The notes under the pieces: generated by a model
What the model saw: the letters and a program-made list of their open reading frames with translations, nothing else
Database searches by the model: none
What the model was told of the DNA's origin: nothing
Made by a program: the position numbers and the translations under genes
Shown: piece by piece, positions 52,141 to 64,000 of the stretch
Position numbering within the stretch: position 1 is the stretch's first letter
Layout: every line of letters begins with the position of its first letter
Source: Eledone cirrhosa
Taxonomy: Eukaryota
Length of the DNA: 64,000 bases
Direction: 5' to 3'
NCBI GenBank assembly: GCA_964016885.1
Contig: OZ024743.1
Location: forward strand, 195,672,001 to 195,736,000

Positions 52141-54465
52141 TTAGGGAGAAGTGTTTAGACGGGGTCCGTATTTGTTAATGAAGTAAGATTCCTTGCTGAT
52201 GCGCTGGGTGTGGGTGGCATTATCTTTAAGTTTGTAGAGGGGAAAGATTCTGAAGTTGGGATGATTTTGGGCGGCACAGGTATCAATGTGTTCACTTAGT
52301 GGTATTTTCCTGTATTCCCGTATTTTAATTTGGGATCTATGGACAGTCATGCGTTGGCGGAGGCTGTTTTTGGTCTGGCCTATGTATTGTTCTCGACAAC
52401 CTGAACAAGTTAATACATATATTAGATTTTCCGATGCACATGTGAAATTGTGTTTTACTATAAAACCTTGTCCATCTTTGAAATAGAATTCCGAACCCTC
52501 TATTAGGTTGATGCAAATGCTACAGTTGGGTCTATCGCATTTTTTTACTCTGGGTTTCGTTGTTGTGGTTGGCAGTACTTTGGCATGTGTTAAGATGTTT
52601 TTCATTGACTTGGATTGTCTTTTGCTCTTTATGATATCGTGTGTTCGTAGAATTTGGTTCATTCTATAGTCCTTTTTCAATACAGGGATGTTCTGGAGGA
52701 TGGTGTCAAAGGCCTCATTGTTGAGGGGGTTGTGTGTGAAGATGTATGGAAGAGCTTTTAGTTTTGGTTCATTTACTTTACGGTGTCTAAGGTCCTGGGT
52801 ACTGAGTTTTAGGGCACGTTGGATTCCATTGTCAATTAGTGATGCAGGGTAGTCCCTGCCTATGAGTGTGTCCTTTAGTTCTTGTAGCTGTAAGTAGCAG
52901 ATGTTTTTTTTGGAGACTATAGTACAGATTCTCTTGGCTAAGTTGTAGGGAATATTAATTTTAACGTGTCTAGGGTGGCAAGAGTTGAAGGGGAGATATT
53001 GCTTGGAGTCTGTGGGCTTGTAGTATATGTCTGTTTCTATTTTTTTGTTATGGATCTTAATGAGGATGTCGAGGAAGGGGAGTTGTTGATGACTGTATTC
53101 CATCGTGAAGTTAATATTCGTGTTGAACCCATTTATAAGGGTGTGAAATTCTTTAAGTTTTTCGATGTTTTCGTGCCAAAGGATGAAGCAGTCATCTAGA
53201 TATCGCTTCCAGTTCCTTTCAATGTGTAAGTGGAGGGTGTTTCCAAATTTGTTTAGGACTTTAGTGTAGAGGGTGATTTCCAGGTATCCCATGACTAGGT
53301 TGGCATAAGTAGGGGCTGTTTTCGTTCCCATAGCGGTCCCAGATTTCTGCCTGTAGGGTTTGTTATTGAAAACGAAGTAATTGTTCTCCAAGATAAATTT
53401 GAGTCCCTCTATCACGAATTCTTTTTTGATGCGTTGTGGGAGTTCATTGTGGAAATTATCCAGCCAGAATTGGATAGCTTCTATTCCTAGTTTGTGGGGG
53501 ATGTTGGAGTATAGGTTGACTACATCGAACGTCACTAGTAGGGTTTGTTCAGAAAGTGGCATATTAGGGAGGTGATTGAGCATATCTAGGTCGTCCCTTA
53601 TATAGCTTTTGATGTGCTTGAGGAAGGGTTTGAGAAGGGTATCAATGAAGTTGCTAAGACGGTGCGTTTCGCAAGCAGGGCCTGCTATTATAGGCCTTAA
53701 TTTGAGATCATTGGGTGAGGGGACATTGATGACTATGTCTGTGGCTTCCTTGCATGCCTTACTGATTGATTCGCTTTTATGTACTTTAGGGATACCGTAG
53801 AAAAGGCTGGATTTACTTGTGAAGTCTGTGATGAAGCTGAATTCCTTGTTAGTGAGTCCTTCTTTGTATTGGTTGATTAGAGTTTTTAGGTTTCTCATAA
53901 TTTTCTGTTGATTGTAGTGTTCAGCCTTTTCGTAGTATGTTTCGTTTTCCAAAGTGGAGACCGCTAAGTTGATATAGAATTCTGTCTCCATTAGGACTAC
54001 TGTACTCCCTTTATCAGCCTCTTTAATTGTAATGGTTCTGTCGGTTTTTAATCTATTTAATTCTTCCCATTCTTTCTTGTTGAGGTTAGGCTTGTGTTTT
54101 TGTCTGTGCAAGTGTTGGTAAGGGAAGTTTGTGATGTGTTCACAGAATTCGTCCAGGATTTTATTTCTACCTTTTGAAGGGGTGTAATTGCTTCTATTTC
54201 TGGCTAATGATTCATCCTCATTGTACTGGTCGAATAGTTGTTCACTATGTCGTAACTTTCTACAGAAGTCTGTGAGGTCTTCCTTCATTTCATAGTAGTT
54301 AGGACGTAGTGGGGTCGGTGTGAATTTAAGACCTTTGGAGAGTAAGTTGATAAGGTTGGGTGTTGGTTCTGCACTAGTAAGATTGATAATTTTTATTACT
54401 ATCGGTTTCTCCTCCCTGTCTTGTGTTATTTTGTTTGCCTGTATCTGTGTGCTGTGTCTAAAAAA
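52141..54465 (-). CDS. PLE reverse transcriptase plus GIY-YIG endonuclease (frame open upstream of the first ATG at 54288)
   Basis: IINLT..LLSKGLKFTPTP lies upstream of the Met; ADKG, FYGIPKVHK, LRPII, FDVVNLYSNIP, GTAMG, RYLDD, FLD, YYKPTD; NLIYVLTC..C..QYIGQT..LRQRM..H. No internal stops. Confidence 0.92.
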   Translation of the reverse strand, partial: FFRHSTQIQANKITQDREEKPIVIKIINLTSAEPTPNLINLLSKGLKFTPTPLRPNYYEMKEDLTDFCRKLRHSEQLFDQYNEDESLARNRSNYTPSKGRNKILDEFCEHITNFPYQHLHRQKHKPNLNKKEWEELNRLKTDRTITIKEADKGSTVVLMETEFYINLAVSTLENETYYEKAEHYNQQKIMRNLKTLINQYKEGLTNKEFSFITDFTSKSSLFYGIPKVHKSESISKACKEATDIVINVPSPNDLKLRPIIAGPACETHRLSNFIDTLLKPFLKHIKSYIRDDLDMLNHLPNMPLSEQTLLVTFDVVNLYSNIPHKLGIEAIQFWLDNFHNELPQRIKKEFVIEGLKFILENNYFVFNNKPYRQKSGTAMGTKTAPTYANLVMGYLEITLYTKVLNKFGNTLHLHIERNWKRYLDDCFILWHENIEKLKEFHTLINGFNTNINFTMEYSHQQLPFLDILIKIHNKKIETDIYYKPTDSKQYLPFNSCHPRHVKINIPYNLAKRICTIVSKKNICYLQLQELKDTLIGRDYPASLIDNGIQRALKLSTQDLRHRKVNEPKLKALPYIFTHNPLNNEAFDTILQNIPVLKKDYRMNQILRTHDIIKSKRQSKSMKNILTHAKVLPTTTTKPRVKKCDRPNCSICINLIEGSEFYFKDGQGFIVKHNFTCASENLIYVLTCSGCREQYIGQTKNSLRQRMTVHRSQIKIREYRKIPLSEHIDTCAAQNHPNFRIFPLYKLKDNATHTQRISKESYFINKYGPRLNTSP

Positions 54466-55684
54466 TGGTTGGGGTAGAGGGGTTGTCTGCTGATGTTAAG
54501 TGGTCTCCTGTGTTTGTTATATTCCTTGTTGTTGTAAAATGTGGTTCGGGTTGGTGGTTGTAGATTGAATGGGGTGTTCCTGTACTGCGAGTATGGGTGT
54601 GTGTTTCTATGTGCCATGTTGTATTGTGGTGTTATAAGTGGCCTACGTTGTTGGTTGTATCGAGTGGTGTGGGTTTGTTGTGTATTGTGGAAGTGGGAGT
54701 TGAGAAAATGGTAATTACCTTGCTGTCCCCTTGAAGCGGGGAAGTTGTTGCATCTATCATGGCGGTGGTATCTTTTCCCTATGTTTGACGATGAGGAATC
54801 CGCGTAGTGGTTGAGTGATTTGGTATGGTGTCTCCTTGAAGGGGGAAAGTTGTAAATGTCATTCTGGGGGAGATGATTTCTTGGGTTTTTGTTCCTTCTT
54901 ATGGTAGCGAGGTTGGGAAGTTCATCTTCGGTGTGGTGCTTCCTTCTTCGTTTGTTTGAGTCTTGGGGGTTTGAGAAGTTGTTGTGCGGTTCAGTTATGG
55001 GTTTTCCTATTTTTATGAACGGGTTATTGGAGGTGTAATCCGTTTGAAAAGTCGATTCATAGTGTAGGAACCAAGCGGCACTTTTTTCCCAGCGTTGAAG
55101 GGATTTCAGTTCTTCTCTGTTGCAGTCCCCTTTCCATAATTTGGAGATCTTCTCTACCTTGGGGCCTTCAGTTTTGTTGTTGATTTCCAGGAGGATCTCT
55201 TCATCGATGGTTTTGATTTTTTCCTCATTTGTCTGGGCCCTCAGTTTAAGAAGTTCAATTTCTGTCTTCATTTTTTCCAATGCCATTCTTTCCCTAAGGT
55301 GTCTTTGAGGTTCGGGTTCATTTGGAATGGACTTTATTTGTAGTTTACGGGGGAGAGTTAGAGGGGTTGAGTTAAGCCATTTTTCATATATCTCTGCTTT
55401 GTCGTGATTTTGTATCATCTTCCAGAATGAGAACTTTCTGTCTCTGAGGGATTTGTTCCATTTTGGAATTGTTCGAATTTTCATTTTGTGTGAATCAATC
55501 TCACATGGTTCTTCGTTGGTTTTTCCTGGGTTGGTAGTAGTGAACATAGTTTGGATAGTATCGCAAAGGTTTTGGAGTTTGTCGCCGATTTCGGAGGGTT
55601 TGTATCCGGTGGCGGTTTCCTTATTTGTGGAGTCAAGTTTGTCGACCAGCAAAGATAGGTTGGTGTTGATTTTCTTGAGTTCCT
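54426..55684 (-). CDS. PLE upstream ORF (helical/coiled-coil N-terminal part, low-complexity C-terminal part), 5'-truncated
   Basis: An intact ORF of 408+ aa overlaps the RT frame; K/E-rich heptad-like segment ERMALEKMKTEIELLKLR. Confidence 0.75.
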
Positions 55685-56394
55685 GTAAAACACAATTTCA
55701 CATGTGCATCGGAAAATCTAATATATGTATTCACTTGTTCAGGTTGTTGAGAACAATACATAGGCCAGACCAAAAACAGCCTCCGCCAACGCATGACTGT
55801 CCATAGATCCCAAATAAAAATACGGGAATACAGGAAAATACCACTAAGTGAACACATTGATACCTGTTCCGCCCAAAATCATCCCAACTTCAGAATCTTT
55901 CCCCTCTACAAATTTAAAGATAATGCCACCCACACCCAGCGCATCAGCAAGGAATCTTACTTCATTAACAAATACGGACCCCGTCTAAACACTTCTCCCT
56001 AAGACGAACCCACAACATACACACGTCAACATACATACCTACATCAGCACACATCTCTACCCACATATAAACACAATGACACACGTAAACACACATGCTC
56101 TATGGTGCAATACAAAAAAATATATGTGCATATATATGTATGTATATATGTATATGTATATATATATATGTAGTGAATATATGTATGTGTGTATATATAT
56201 ATAGTGAATATCATTTCACACCTTTTATTGTTAAGATTTTTGATGTTCTATTAAGAGAACCGATTTTACTGAAAAAATCGAATAATGTACACCATTTTAC
56301 CAGGGGGAAAAAAATACTGGTCCACCCACACACACACACAAACACATATATACACAAACACATACACACGCGTACATCAACATACAAAGAGACT

Positions 56395-56425
<31 letters not shown>

Positions 56426-56493
56426 TTCTCCGTATAAGACAAAAGCTAAAAAATATCTTTTGACCTTCGAATGACTCCGCTATATACACACAC

Positions 56494-56549
<56 letters not shown>

Positions 56550-57136
56550 ATCTTAATAGCCATTTGACACACATCGCTGCTGGCCATTGTCGCAGCATCG
56601 AACACCTTACTACTACTACTACACACACACACACACACACATATATATACACACACACACATATTTGTTGTGAAAGAGTCATTTCTCAATCTTGGCACAA
56701 AACCAATTTTTTATCCACATGACCTCTACCGACCAATCAAAATTGTTTTGACCAAGAATTTTTGCTGGAGCCACTTTTTTAACATAAAAACAGTCTTGGC
56801 GCAAAATCAACTTTATACATTCACATGACCTCTACCGACCAATCAAAATTGTTTTGACCACAAGCATTTTTGCAACACAAAAATAACGCTGGAGCCACTT
56901 TTTTAACATAAAAACAGGTAGAATTCCCAAAACTAATCAGATCAGAGCAAACAGCACGGACACTCTATCTCAAAATTATTTTTGAAAAGCATTTAGAAAT
57001 GCGCAACCGGTAAAAACTTAAAAACTTAAAACCACAACTGAATACTAACCCATACAATCACTAATACTCTTTTATTCCTAATTAAACCATTTTTCAACTG
57101 TGAACAATTTGTCAGCATTTTCTATTCCGTTTACCA

Positions 57137-57137
<1 letters not shown>
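55685..57137 (+). repeat. Inverted pseudo-LTR of the PLE (GIY-YIG C-terminus plus 3' UTR)
   Basis: Reverse complement of 50992-52458, differing in a few SNPs, microsatellite lengths and one 12-bp indel. Confidence 0.95.
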
Positions 57138-57203
<66 letters not shown>

Positions 57204-57419
57204 CGAGGGTTGCTGAAGGGTTCTTGGCTTTAAGAATATTTAAAAGGCCTGGATGTAGACCCAATCATCCGAGTTCGTTTTAAAGGGCTTAGAAAAACTT
57301 AAGTACCGCTGCAATAAGTGTGTGAATTTGAGAGGGGAATACATTGAATAAAATCATAATTAACTGATTCACCTCTATTTTCTTTTACACAAAACAATAA
57401 AAATGTTAACACCCTCTCA
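57204..57419 (+). mobile_element. Mariner/Tc1-derived MITE
   Basis: TA-CGAGGGTTGCTGAA left end, degenerate right end TTAACACCCTCTCA-TA, and an internal KCVNLRGEYIE* mariner transposase C-terminal relic. Confidence 0.7.
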
Positions 57420-57514
57420 TATATGGAAAGGGCCGAACCAGTAGGTATTTTTCTTCTCTGAAGACCTTGTGATCTGCTGTTCTTGTCTCCTATGACCTTC
57501 TTATTACTCTATAC

Positions 57515-57588
<74 letters not shown>

Positions 57589-58233
57589 ATAAATGGGTTT
57601 CATAAACAGACTTCCTTTGTTAAGTTATGCAAGATATACAGTTACTGAGTCAAAGAATATGTGAGCATGTGGTACATCGTTTAAGAAATTACCAAACTAC
57701 AAATTTACAAGTATTGCTCATATATCAATAGACTGCATACGTAACACATCTATGGTAATCACATGCTTTATCACATCTATGGTAAATGAGACAATTTCAG
57801 AAGTTAACATTTTCCTATTTTAGGAGCTTTCTTCTCTCTATTTCACCTATCGGAAATGTAACTAGTTTTATACCACACCCAGATATACTTATTTAAGCTA
57901 TGTTTAGTTACATTCGTTATCACAATTTTCCTTTATTTTGACTTTCTGAACCCAAAGTTTTCACTGCCTAACACTTCGATTTTGAATTCTCTGTGTGTAT
58001 GGAAATTGCTCTAAGGGTTTTAGTAAATTATATCGAACTCATTTCCCAGTACTTATTTGATCTATTATATATTTATCAAACAATTTAGACAACCTCGGCG
58101 TAAAAGGTGCAATTCAGATGGATAAAAAGGCACAAGATATTTTTGGTCGACGCACCAAAATATCGTAAGTACTTTCTTGAATTACACACAGACAAACAGA
58201 GAAATTCCCCCTCTCTACACAAATATTTAAAAA

Positions 58234-58283
<50 letters not shown>

Positions 58284-58286
58284 CGT

Positions 58287-58338
<52 letters not shown>

Positions 58339-58893
58339 ATATATATATGTATATATATATATAGTATGTATATATGGATGTATGTATCAATGCATGTATG
58401 TATATATACGAAAGTTCTACTCAACCTATACGTTAACCTTATTAGAACTCAATGTAGAATTGATATGATTACTCATTCGAGTTTTTGTGAGTTAACTAAT
58501 AAATCTTGTCTTTTGGTATTCATTGTTCAACATTATTTATAAATAATGGTAACCATCACTTGCCGAGATTATAGTGCACAACTATCGAACTTGGATTCAA
58601 ATGAATACGAATTTAACTTTTTAACCATACATATATTATCACTATGTTAGTGGCTTCAGTTTGAAGATAGATGTGAATTCGGTCAAAGATTTTCGCTGGA
58701 TTGATGGTTATATATATATGTTTTTATCTGTTGAATCATGGTGTCAATTTTCGGTTCGACATGCACATGGCAAAATGTCTGTAGTAGAGAATGAATTGCC
58801 GCAGGCGGATACATACAAGTTCACATGTATATACACGTACATACTACACTTACACACACTTATGCACACACGTTCTCATGCACTCATGCACAT

Positions 58894-58968
<75 letters not shown>

Positions 58969-58991
58969 TACTATTCTTCTTCTTATTATTA

Positions 58992-59063
58992 TTACGGGGT
59001 CGATAAAATAAAGTACCAGTAATGCACTGGATAATTGCTGGCTTTGTGCCAAGAGTAGAAACA

Positions 59064-59100
<37 letters not shown>
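58992..59100 (+). mobile_element. 5'-truncated SINE with (TTA)n tail
   Basis: TTACGGGGTCGATAAAATAAAGTACCAG...AGAAACAGTTATT. Confidence 0.85.
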
Positions 59101-59103
<3 letters not shown>

Positions 59104-59533
59104 AATGCTATGGTTGACGGAGGCTCGGCTCTGTAAGGTATTGTAAATTTTGAACGCTATAACAATTGTAAATTGTTTAAAACTTTAACGAACTTGTAGA
59201 CAAAAACACCCTCCTCCTCGTGAGAGGGGTCTTTCTGCCCGTTATTTGGCCCTTCGGGGTTAAATAACTGCTTATTGTGGTTTTGTGCCCAATATTTATT
59301 TTAAACAAAACAAACAACATGGTTACGAAAAAGAATTTTCATAGGTCACTCCCACTCATTCCGTCTTCTTCTTCCTCAATCATCACTACAGCAGAGAGAA
59401 GATTGTCTCTCTCCCTCCCTTCTTTAAATGTGTCTCTCTCCCTCCCTTCTCTTTCGCAAGCGACGAAAGAAAAGAAAAGTCTCGTGCAAAGCGTGCAAGA
59501 TTTCTCCACGACGACGACGACAACGACGAAAAA

Positions 59534-61429
59534 GTGTGCGGGAAATACGAAAACCCACTTCATTCGTCTGACGTCAGGAATAATAGCAGTAGCAGCCGTA
59601 ATAACAACAGCAACAGTGACAATGAAAACAACAGTAGCAGCCGCAACAGTAACACCAGCAGCATAAACAACAACAGCATTAGCAGCAGCAACACCAACAA
59701 CAACCACAGCAACAGCGGCGGAGGCAGTAGTCGTAGTACCTGCAGCAACAACAAAAGTAACAGCAGCTCTGACGACAACAACAACAACAGCGGCAAAGAA
59801 AAACCAATCTCATTTGCAGGTATCGCGAAGAACCTGGAAACAATCCTCATAACAAATGAGGAATTAGAGGAAGCGAAGAAGATGGTGACAAAAACAGGAC
59901 ACCGAGCAATCTTCAAGGCAGCGGAAAAATTTTTCGAAACCCAACAGCACTGTACGGTCACGTACCGTACAGTAAGTACAAAATCCCGTAGGGTGGAAAG
60001 AGCCACAGAGGCTCAAATACAAAAAGCCTTGGGGTCTGTGTGGCAGCGGAAAACATACATCACCCGAGGCAAGAAATATGCCACCGTAGACGTACTTTTT
60101 GACACACCCCAGGAGGCAAAGGCTCAATCCGTAGTGACCCTAAGGAGCGAGGAAATGGTGTTGGTGCCCTCCTACTGCGGGCAAAAATTTGTGAGGGTCA
60201 AACTGACCCACGTCCCCCCCCCCCCCGGGATGGCCCCTTCTTGGCTGGCCGCGTCTGTCCTCGTCGGAATCGAGGACAAAACAACTGTACTGCAAGTACA
60301 GATAAAAAGTAAGAGAAGATTGGGTCGGCATCTCCATTTAGATGTTAATCCAAACCAACCAGGAGTGCATCGAAGCTATCCCGGATGTGATAGACTTCGA
60401 TAACGGCACTCAACTGCCCATAAGTGTTGAGGGCAAACGCCCGAAATGCTTTCGCTGTGGATCGAAGACTCACCTCAGGGCCTTCTGCAACGAGAAGACC
60501 CTGAGAAAGGAGAAAACCCCCTCCTTCCGAAACCGGCTCCACGGCTACCAGCAACAGGACAAGCGGCAACCAGGAACGATAGGTCCATGGCACCCATACC
60601 CACGCCACGGAAATCAAAAACAGCAGCAGCAGTGGAAGTATTAACAACAACAACAACAGCAATACCAAATGCAGCTGCAACAGAGACTCCAGTGCAAACA
60701 TCACCAACAATAACAAGTGAAAGAGTGGAGCTGGTACCCCTCCCCGACCTCACAGAATCAGACATGGAGTGTGAGGTGGGAGAGGGATGGCAAAAGGTCG
60801 TAAGAAGGCACAAACGCAGAAGCAGCGCATCGTCGCCTTTGAAAAGGGAGGAAAGAAATGAAAAAAGGGTAATGTCTACTGCAAAGAGACTCACAGCAGC
60901 AACACCACCAACACCATCACCACCCACACTAGCACCACCATCACCACCGGCGACAACCCCACCGCCAACAACACCTTCAACACCACCACCACAAGCACCA
61001 ACATCGCAAACACAACAACAAAACACACACACCCAGGAACAACGAAAAGAAAATAGCAGAACCACACCCCACCCCAAGAAAAACAAATGTACGGCAATAA
61101 ATACACACAACAAGAAACTAATGACTTACATAATTGAACACACAGACATTTCACAACACTACTACATAATACCAGCACCAATCAAAACGCCAACTAACAT
61201 AAGACTGCTAAAAATAGCACAGAAACAATACACAAACATTAAAACGAAATTCCCCAACGCAGTTGGTGATTTCAAGGACCTAGGAGGAACTATCAATCGA
61301 AGAGTATATTCGGACATACTCATAGAAGAGACGACGACCAGCCGAAGGGACGATTCAACGGTCCCTTCACCAGACGATCAATTGAAAAGGGATGTAAAAA
61401 CCATCCCTCCTCTACGAAAAGTACGGTAA
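59534..61429 (+). pseudogene. LINE ORF1 (gag-like, CCHC zinc knuckle), frameshifted
   Basis: KPISFAGIA, then RPKCFRCGSKTHLRAFC in a different frame (60342-60644), then GWQKVVRR and a Pro/Thr-rich tail. Frameshifts near 60.31 and 60.51 kb. Confidence 0.8.
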
Positions 61430-61465
61430 AATAGTCTTTCCCATCTTTTCCACTCTATTTTAAAC

Positions 61466-64000
61466 ATGACCTCCCTCAGAATAGGCAGCATAAATGCGCG
61501 TGGCTTGGGGTCGTCATGGAAGCAGGGTCACCTGCTCAACGACCTCAGGTCACTAAACATAGATGTAGTGGCCATCAGCGAGACCAGAATCTCCGAAGCA
61601 CGGGCCTTCGCACCGATCTTCGGCGGCTACGATGTGTACGCATCTCCCAGCCGGCCTGGATCGGGGGGAGGAGTTGCTGTGCTTTTTCGGAGAGGTTTGG
61701 ATCTCGCCATACGGGCCATCTTCCTGGACCCAGAGGGTAAGCTAGTGGTGCTGGACGTGACCAGCGGAGACGGGCAAGCTTGCAGGCTAGTGGCAGTCTA
61801 TGCCCCGACAGGAGCAGGGCGGCCTGATTTCTTCCGGCATCTGGAGACCTTTCTTGGAACGTCCCGCTCTTTAGTGTTAGTGGGTGACTGGAATGGGATC
61901 TTAGATGCACGCTGGGACTGTGTGGGATTAGCGGATAGGGGTGGAGGGTGCAAGAGCCTCACCAACCTGCTCAGGCGTTTTGAACTGTCTGACAGGTACC
62001 GATTGGATTTCCCGAATGTGCCAATGTGGACTTGGACAAATCGCATAGGGTCATCCAGATCATATCTAGATAGAGTATTTTGTAGGGAAATAGATAGGTC
62101 TAGCATAGGGTGTCCACAATTCAAGATAGTCAGCTACACGGACCACAAATTCGTGATCTGTGTGCTTGACTTAGATAGGCTTCATAGACGAGGACCCGGC
62201 TACTGGAAGCTAAACGCGTCCTTACCAGCGCGCAAGGCCTACAGAGACCGGATTAGCGATCTAGTTAGGCGGGCGTTGACGGGGGCCATCGTCAAAAACA
62301 AGTGGTGGTTTGCTCTGAAAAGAGCGATTAGAATAGAATCCATTAGGTTTAGTAAGGCTTTAGCAATAGAGAAAAATAGAGCAGAGGGAGAACTAGTTAG
62401 AAAATTAGACGAGGCGCTTAGCAAAGGCATTGCGACCGACGTGCTTGCGGCGAAATTGGCCCTTGACCAATTCTTCAATGCAAAGAACGAAGGCTGCGTT
62501 GTCAGAGCAAGGGTGCGTGCTCTCAGACACGAGGGGACGAAAGCCGTTCAATGGGCCCGAGTGGCGGAGGTGCGTCGTGGCAACAAAGCCATGATCCGGT
62601 CTTTGGTGGACCACGGCGGGCGCATGCTACTGGATCCCGGGAAAATGTGTGAAGCTTTTCAGCGACACCTCGCTCAGCTGTTCGGGGGCAGCGGTGGGCC
62701 GCGTCGAGGGATGGACTATAGTGTCTACCTCGACGGACTTCCGCGGCTCTCGGCCATGACTGGCTGCACAAGGGGTAATCGCCTGGTTGGGGTGGTCTGC
62801 CCTATGAACTTTACGTACAGATGCCAGACTTGTTCGGAGGCCTCTTGGCGGACGTCTACTGCAACTGGCAACAGAACGGGAGAATTCCCAGTTCTGTGAG
62901 CCGAGGAGCGGTGGCACTGCTGAGAAAGGATCCGAACAAGGGGGATAACATAGATAATTTCCGGCCCATAACTCTGCTAAACACAGATTTCAAGATTTTG
63001 GCCAAGGTGCTAGCAAAGAGGTTGGCGCTTGTCGTTGGTGGTCTGGTAGGAGAGGCGCAGACATGCGCCATTCCCGACAGATCCATCCACGACAACCTCC
63101 ACCTCATGCGATACATCGTAGAGAGGGTAGCTAGGGAACCTGGCACGGGTGGGTCCTTGATCAATTTAGATCAGTCGAAAGCTTTCGATAGGGTCGACCA
63201 TCGTTACCTAGCGGCAGTCCTGAGGGCGGCTGGCTTTGGGCCCGTCTTCAGAGGCTGGATCGCTGCCATGCACAGCAACATCTGCTCTGTGGCGAGAGTG
63301 AACGCTCACCTGTCGGAACCATTCAACATCATGGGCTCGGTCCGCCAAGGATGTCCCCTCTCGTCCCTCTTGTACGTATTGACTCTCGAGCCATTACTGC
63401 ACAAACTGGAGACGTTGAGGGGCATACCGCGCGAACTAGGATGCGGAAGATCCGTGTCAGCATATGCGGACGATGTCACCGTAGTGGTGTCGAACGCCAA
63501 ACACATCGAGGCGATCGGCACCACACTAAGAGAATACGAAGCGGTGACAGGAGCAATGATCAACCAGGAAAAGTCAGTGGGCCTGCAGCTCGGCACCTGG
63601 AGAGGGAGGTCCATGCCGTCCAACAGCGTCGTCGGACGCTGGACGGACGGACCGGTTAAATTGCTAGGGGTCTGGTTCGGTCCGGACCTCCAGACGGACA
63701 AAAACTGGGACGAGGTGACGAGCAGGGTGGCTTCTCTCACCCAGAAATGGGCGGAGAGGAAGCTATCCCTGAAAGGTCGAGCGGAGGTGGCTAACGCGTA
63801 CATCGCGTCTGTCATCTGCTACCGCCTGACCGTCGTACCTTGTCCTAAGCCTCGCCTGACTGCGCTGGAGCGTTTGCTCTTTCGCTTTTTGTGGAAGGGA
63901 CACGCTCCGATGGTCAGGCGGTCCATCTGTTGTCAACACCCGTTACGTGGAGGGCTGGGCATGCCGTGGCTGGTGATGCGCAGGCACGCGCTCAGGCTAC
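61466..64000 (+). pseudogene. LINE ORF2: APE endonuclease and reverse transcriptase, frameshift near 62.78 kb
   Basis: SINARGL, AISETR, VYAP, VGDWN, SYLDR, TDHK, GYWKLN; after the shift, FRPITLLNTDFKILAK, LDQSKAFDRVDH, VRQGCPLS and AYADDVT. Confidence 0.92.

Larger units (their letters stand above)
59101..64000 (+). mobile_element. Tx1/L1-clade LINE running beyond the window
   Basis: Two-ORF structure: ORF1 with a CCHC knuckle and ORF2 with APE-RT. The 5' boundary is approximate. Confidence 0.88.

Noticed and set aside
54458-54720. Intron using GTAATT (54718, minus) and the TTTTTTAG acceptor to join the PLE ORFs
   Set aside because: That splice would stay in the ORF1 frame and would not reach RT; -1 slippage fits the frames directly.
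59200-59280. HDV-like ribozyme suggested by the TCCTCGT loop
   Set aside because: I could not build P3, P1 or P1.1 in the required order; simple hairpins explain it better.
60475-63815. Long antisense ORFs over the Tx1-type LINE
   Set aside because: They are shadow ORFs of GC-rich or low-complexity coding sequence on the opposite strand.

Overview
This is an AT-rich eukaryotic non-coding window packed with microsatellites ((TA)n, (CA)n, (ATAC)n, (TAA)n). I could not identify a host exon. The SINE family and the retroelement mix look like an octopus/coleoid cephalopod genome (inference). The window holds at least six retroelement lineages: a decayed near-full-length R4/Dong-type LINE (20.1-23.9 kb, minus), a CRE-type 3' fragment, a near-full-length RTE LINE with three C-terminal C2H2 fingers plus a truncated tandem copy (43.1-48.6 kb, minus), a GIY-YIG Penelope-like element (PLE) with an inverted pseudo-LTR (51.0-57.1 kb), a Tx1/L1-type LINE running off the right edge, and older APE/RNase H remnants. 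It also has many tRNA-derived SINEs and two RTE-derived bipartite non-autonomous families. The most interesting signals are: (1) a ~430-nt circularly permuted repeat family carrying a minimal type I hammerhead ribozyme (retrozyme-like); (2) a U_UUU_UUA slippery site placed exactly where it would join the PLE upstream ORF to the RT/GIY-YIG ORF by a -1 frameshift; (3) a family of long-hairpin-plus-tail elements in (TA)n whose arms covary between copies; (4) further hammerhead-like and HDV-like motifs. All alignments and foldings were done by eye.
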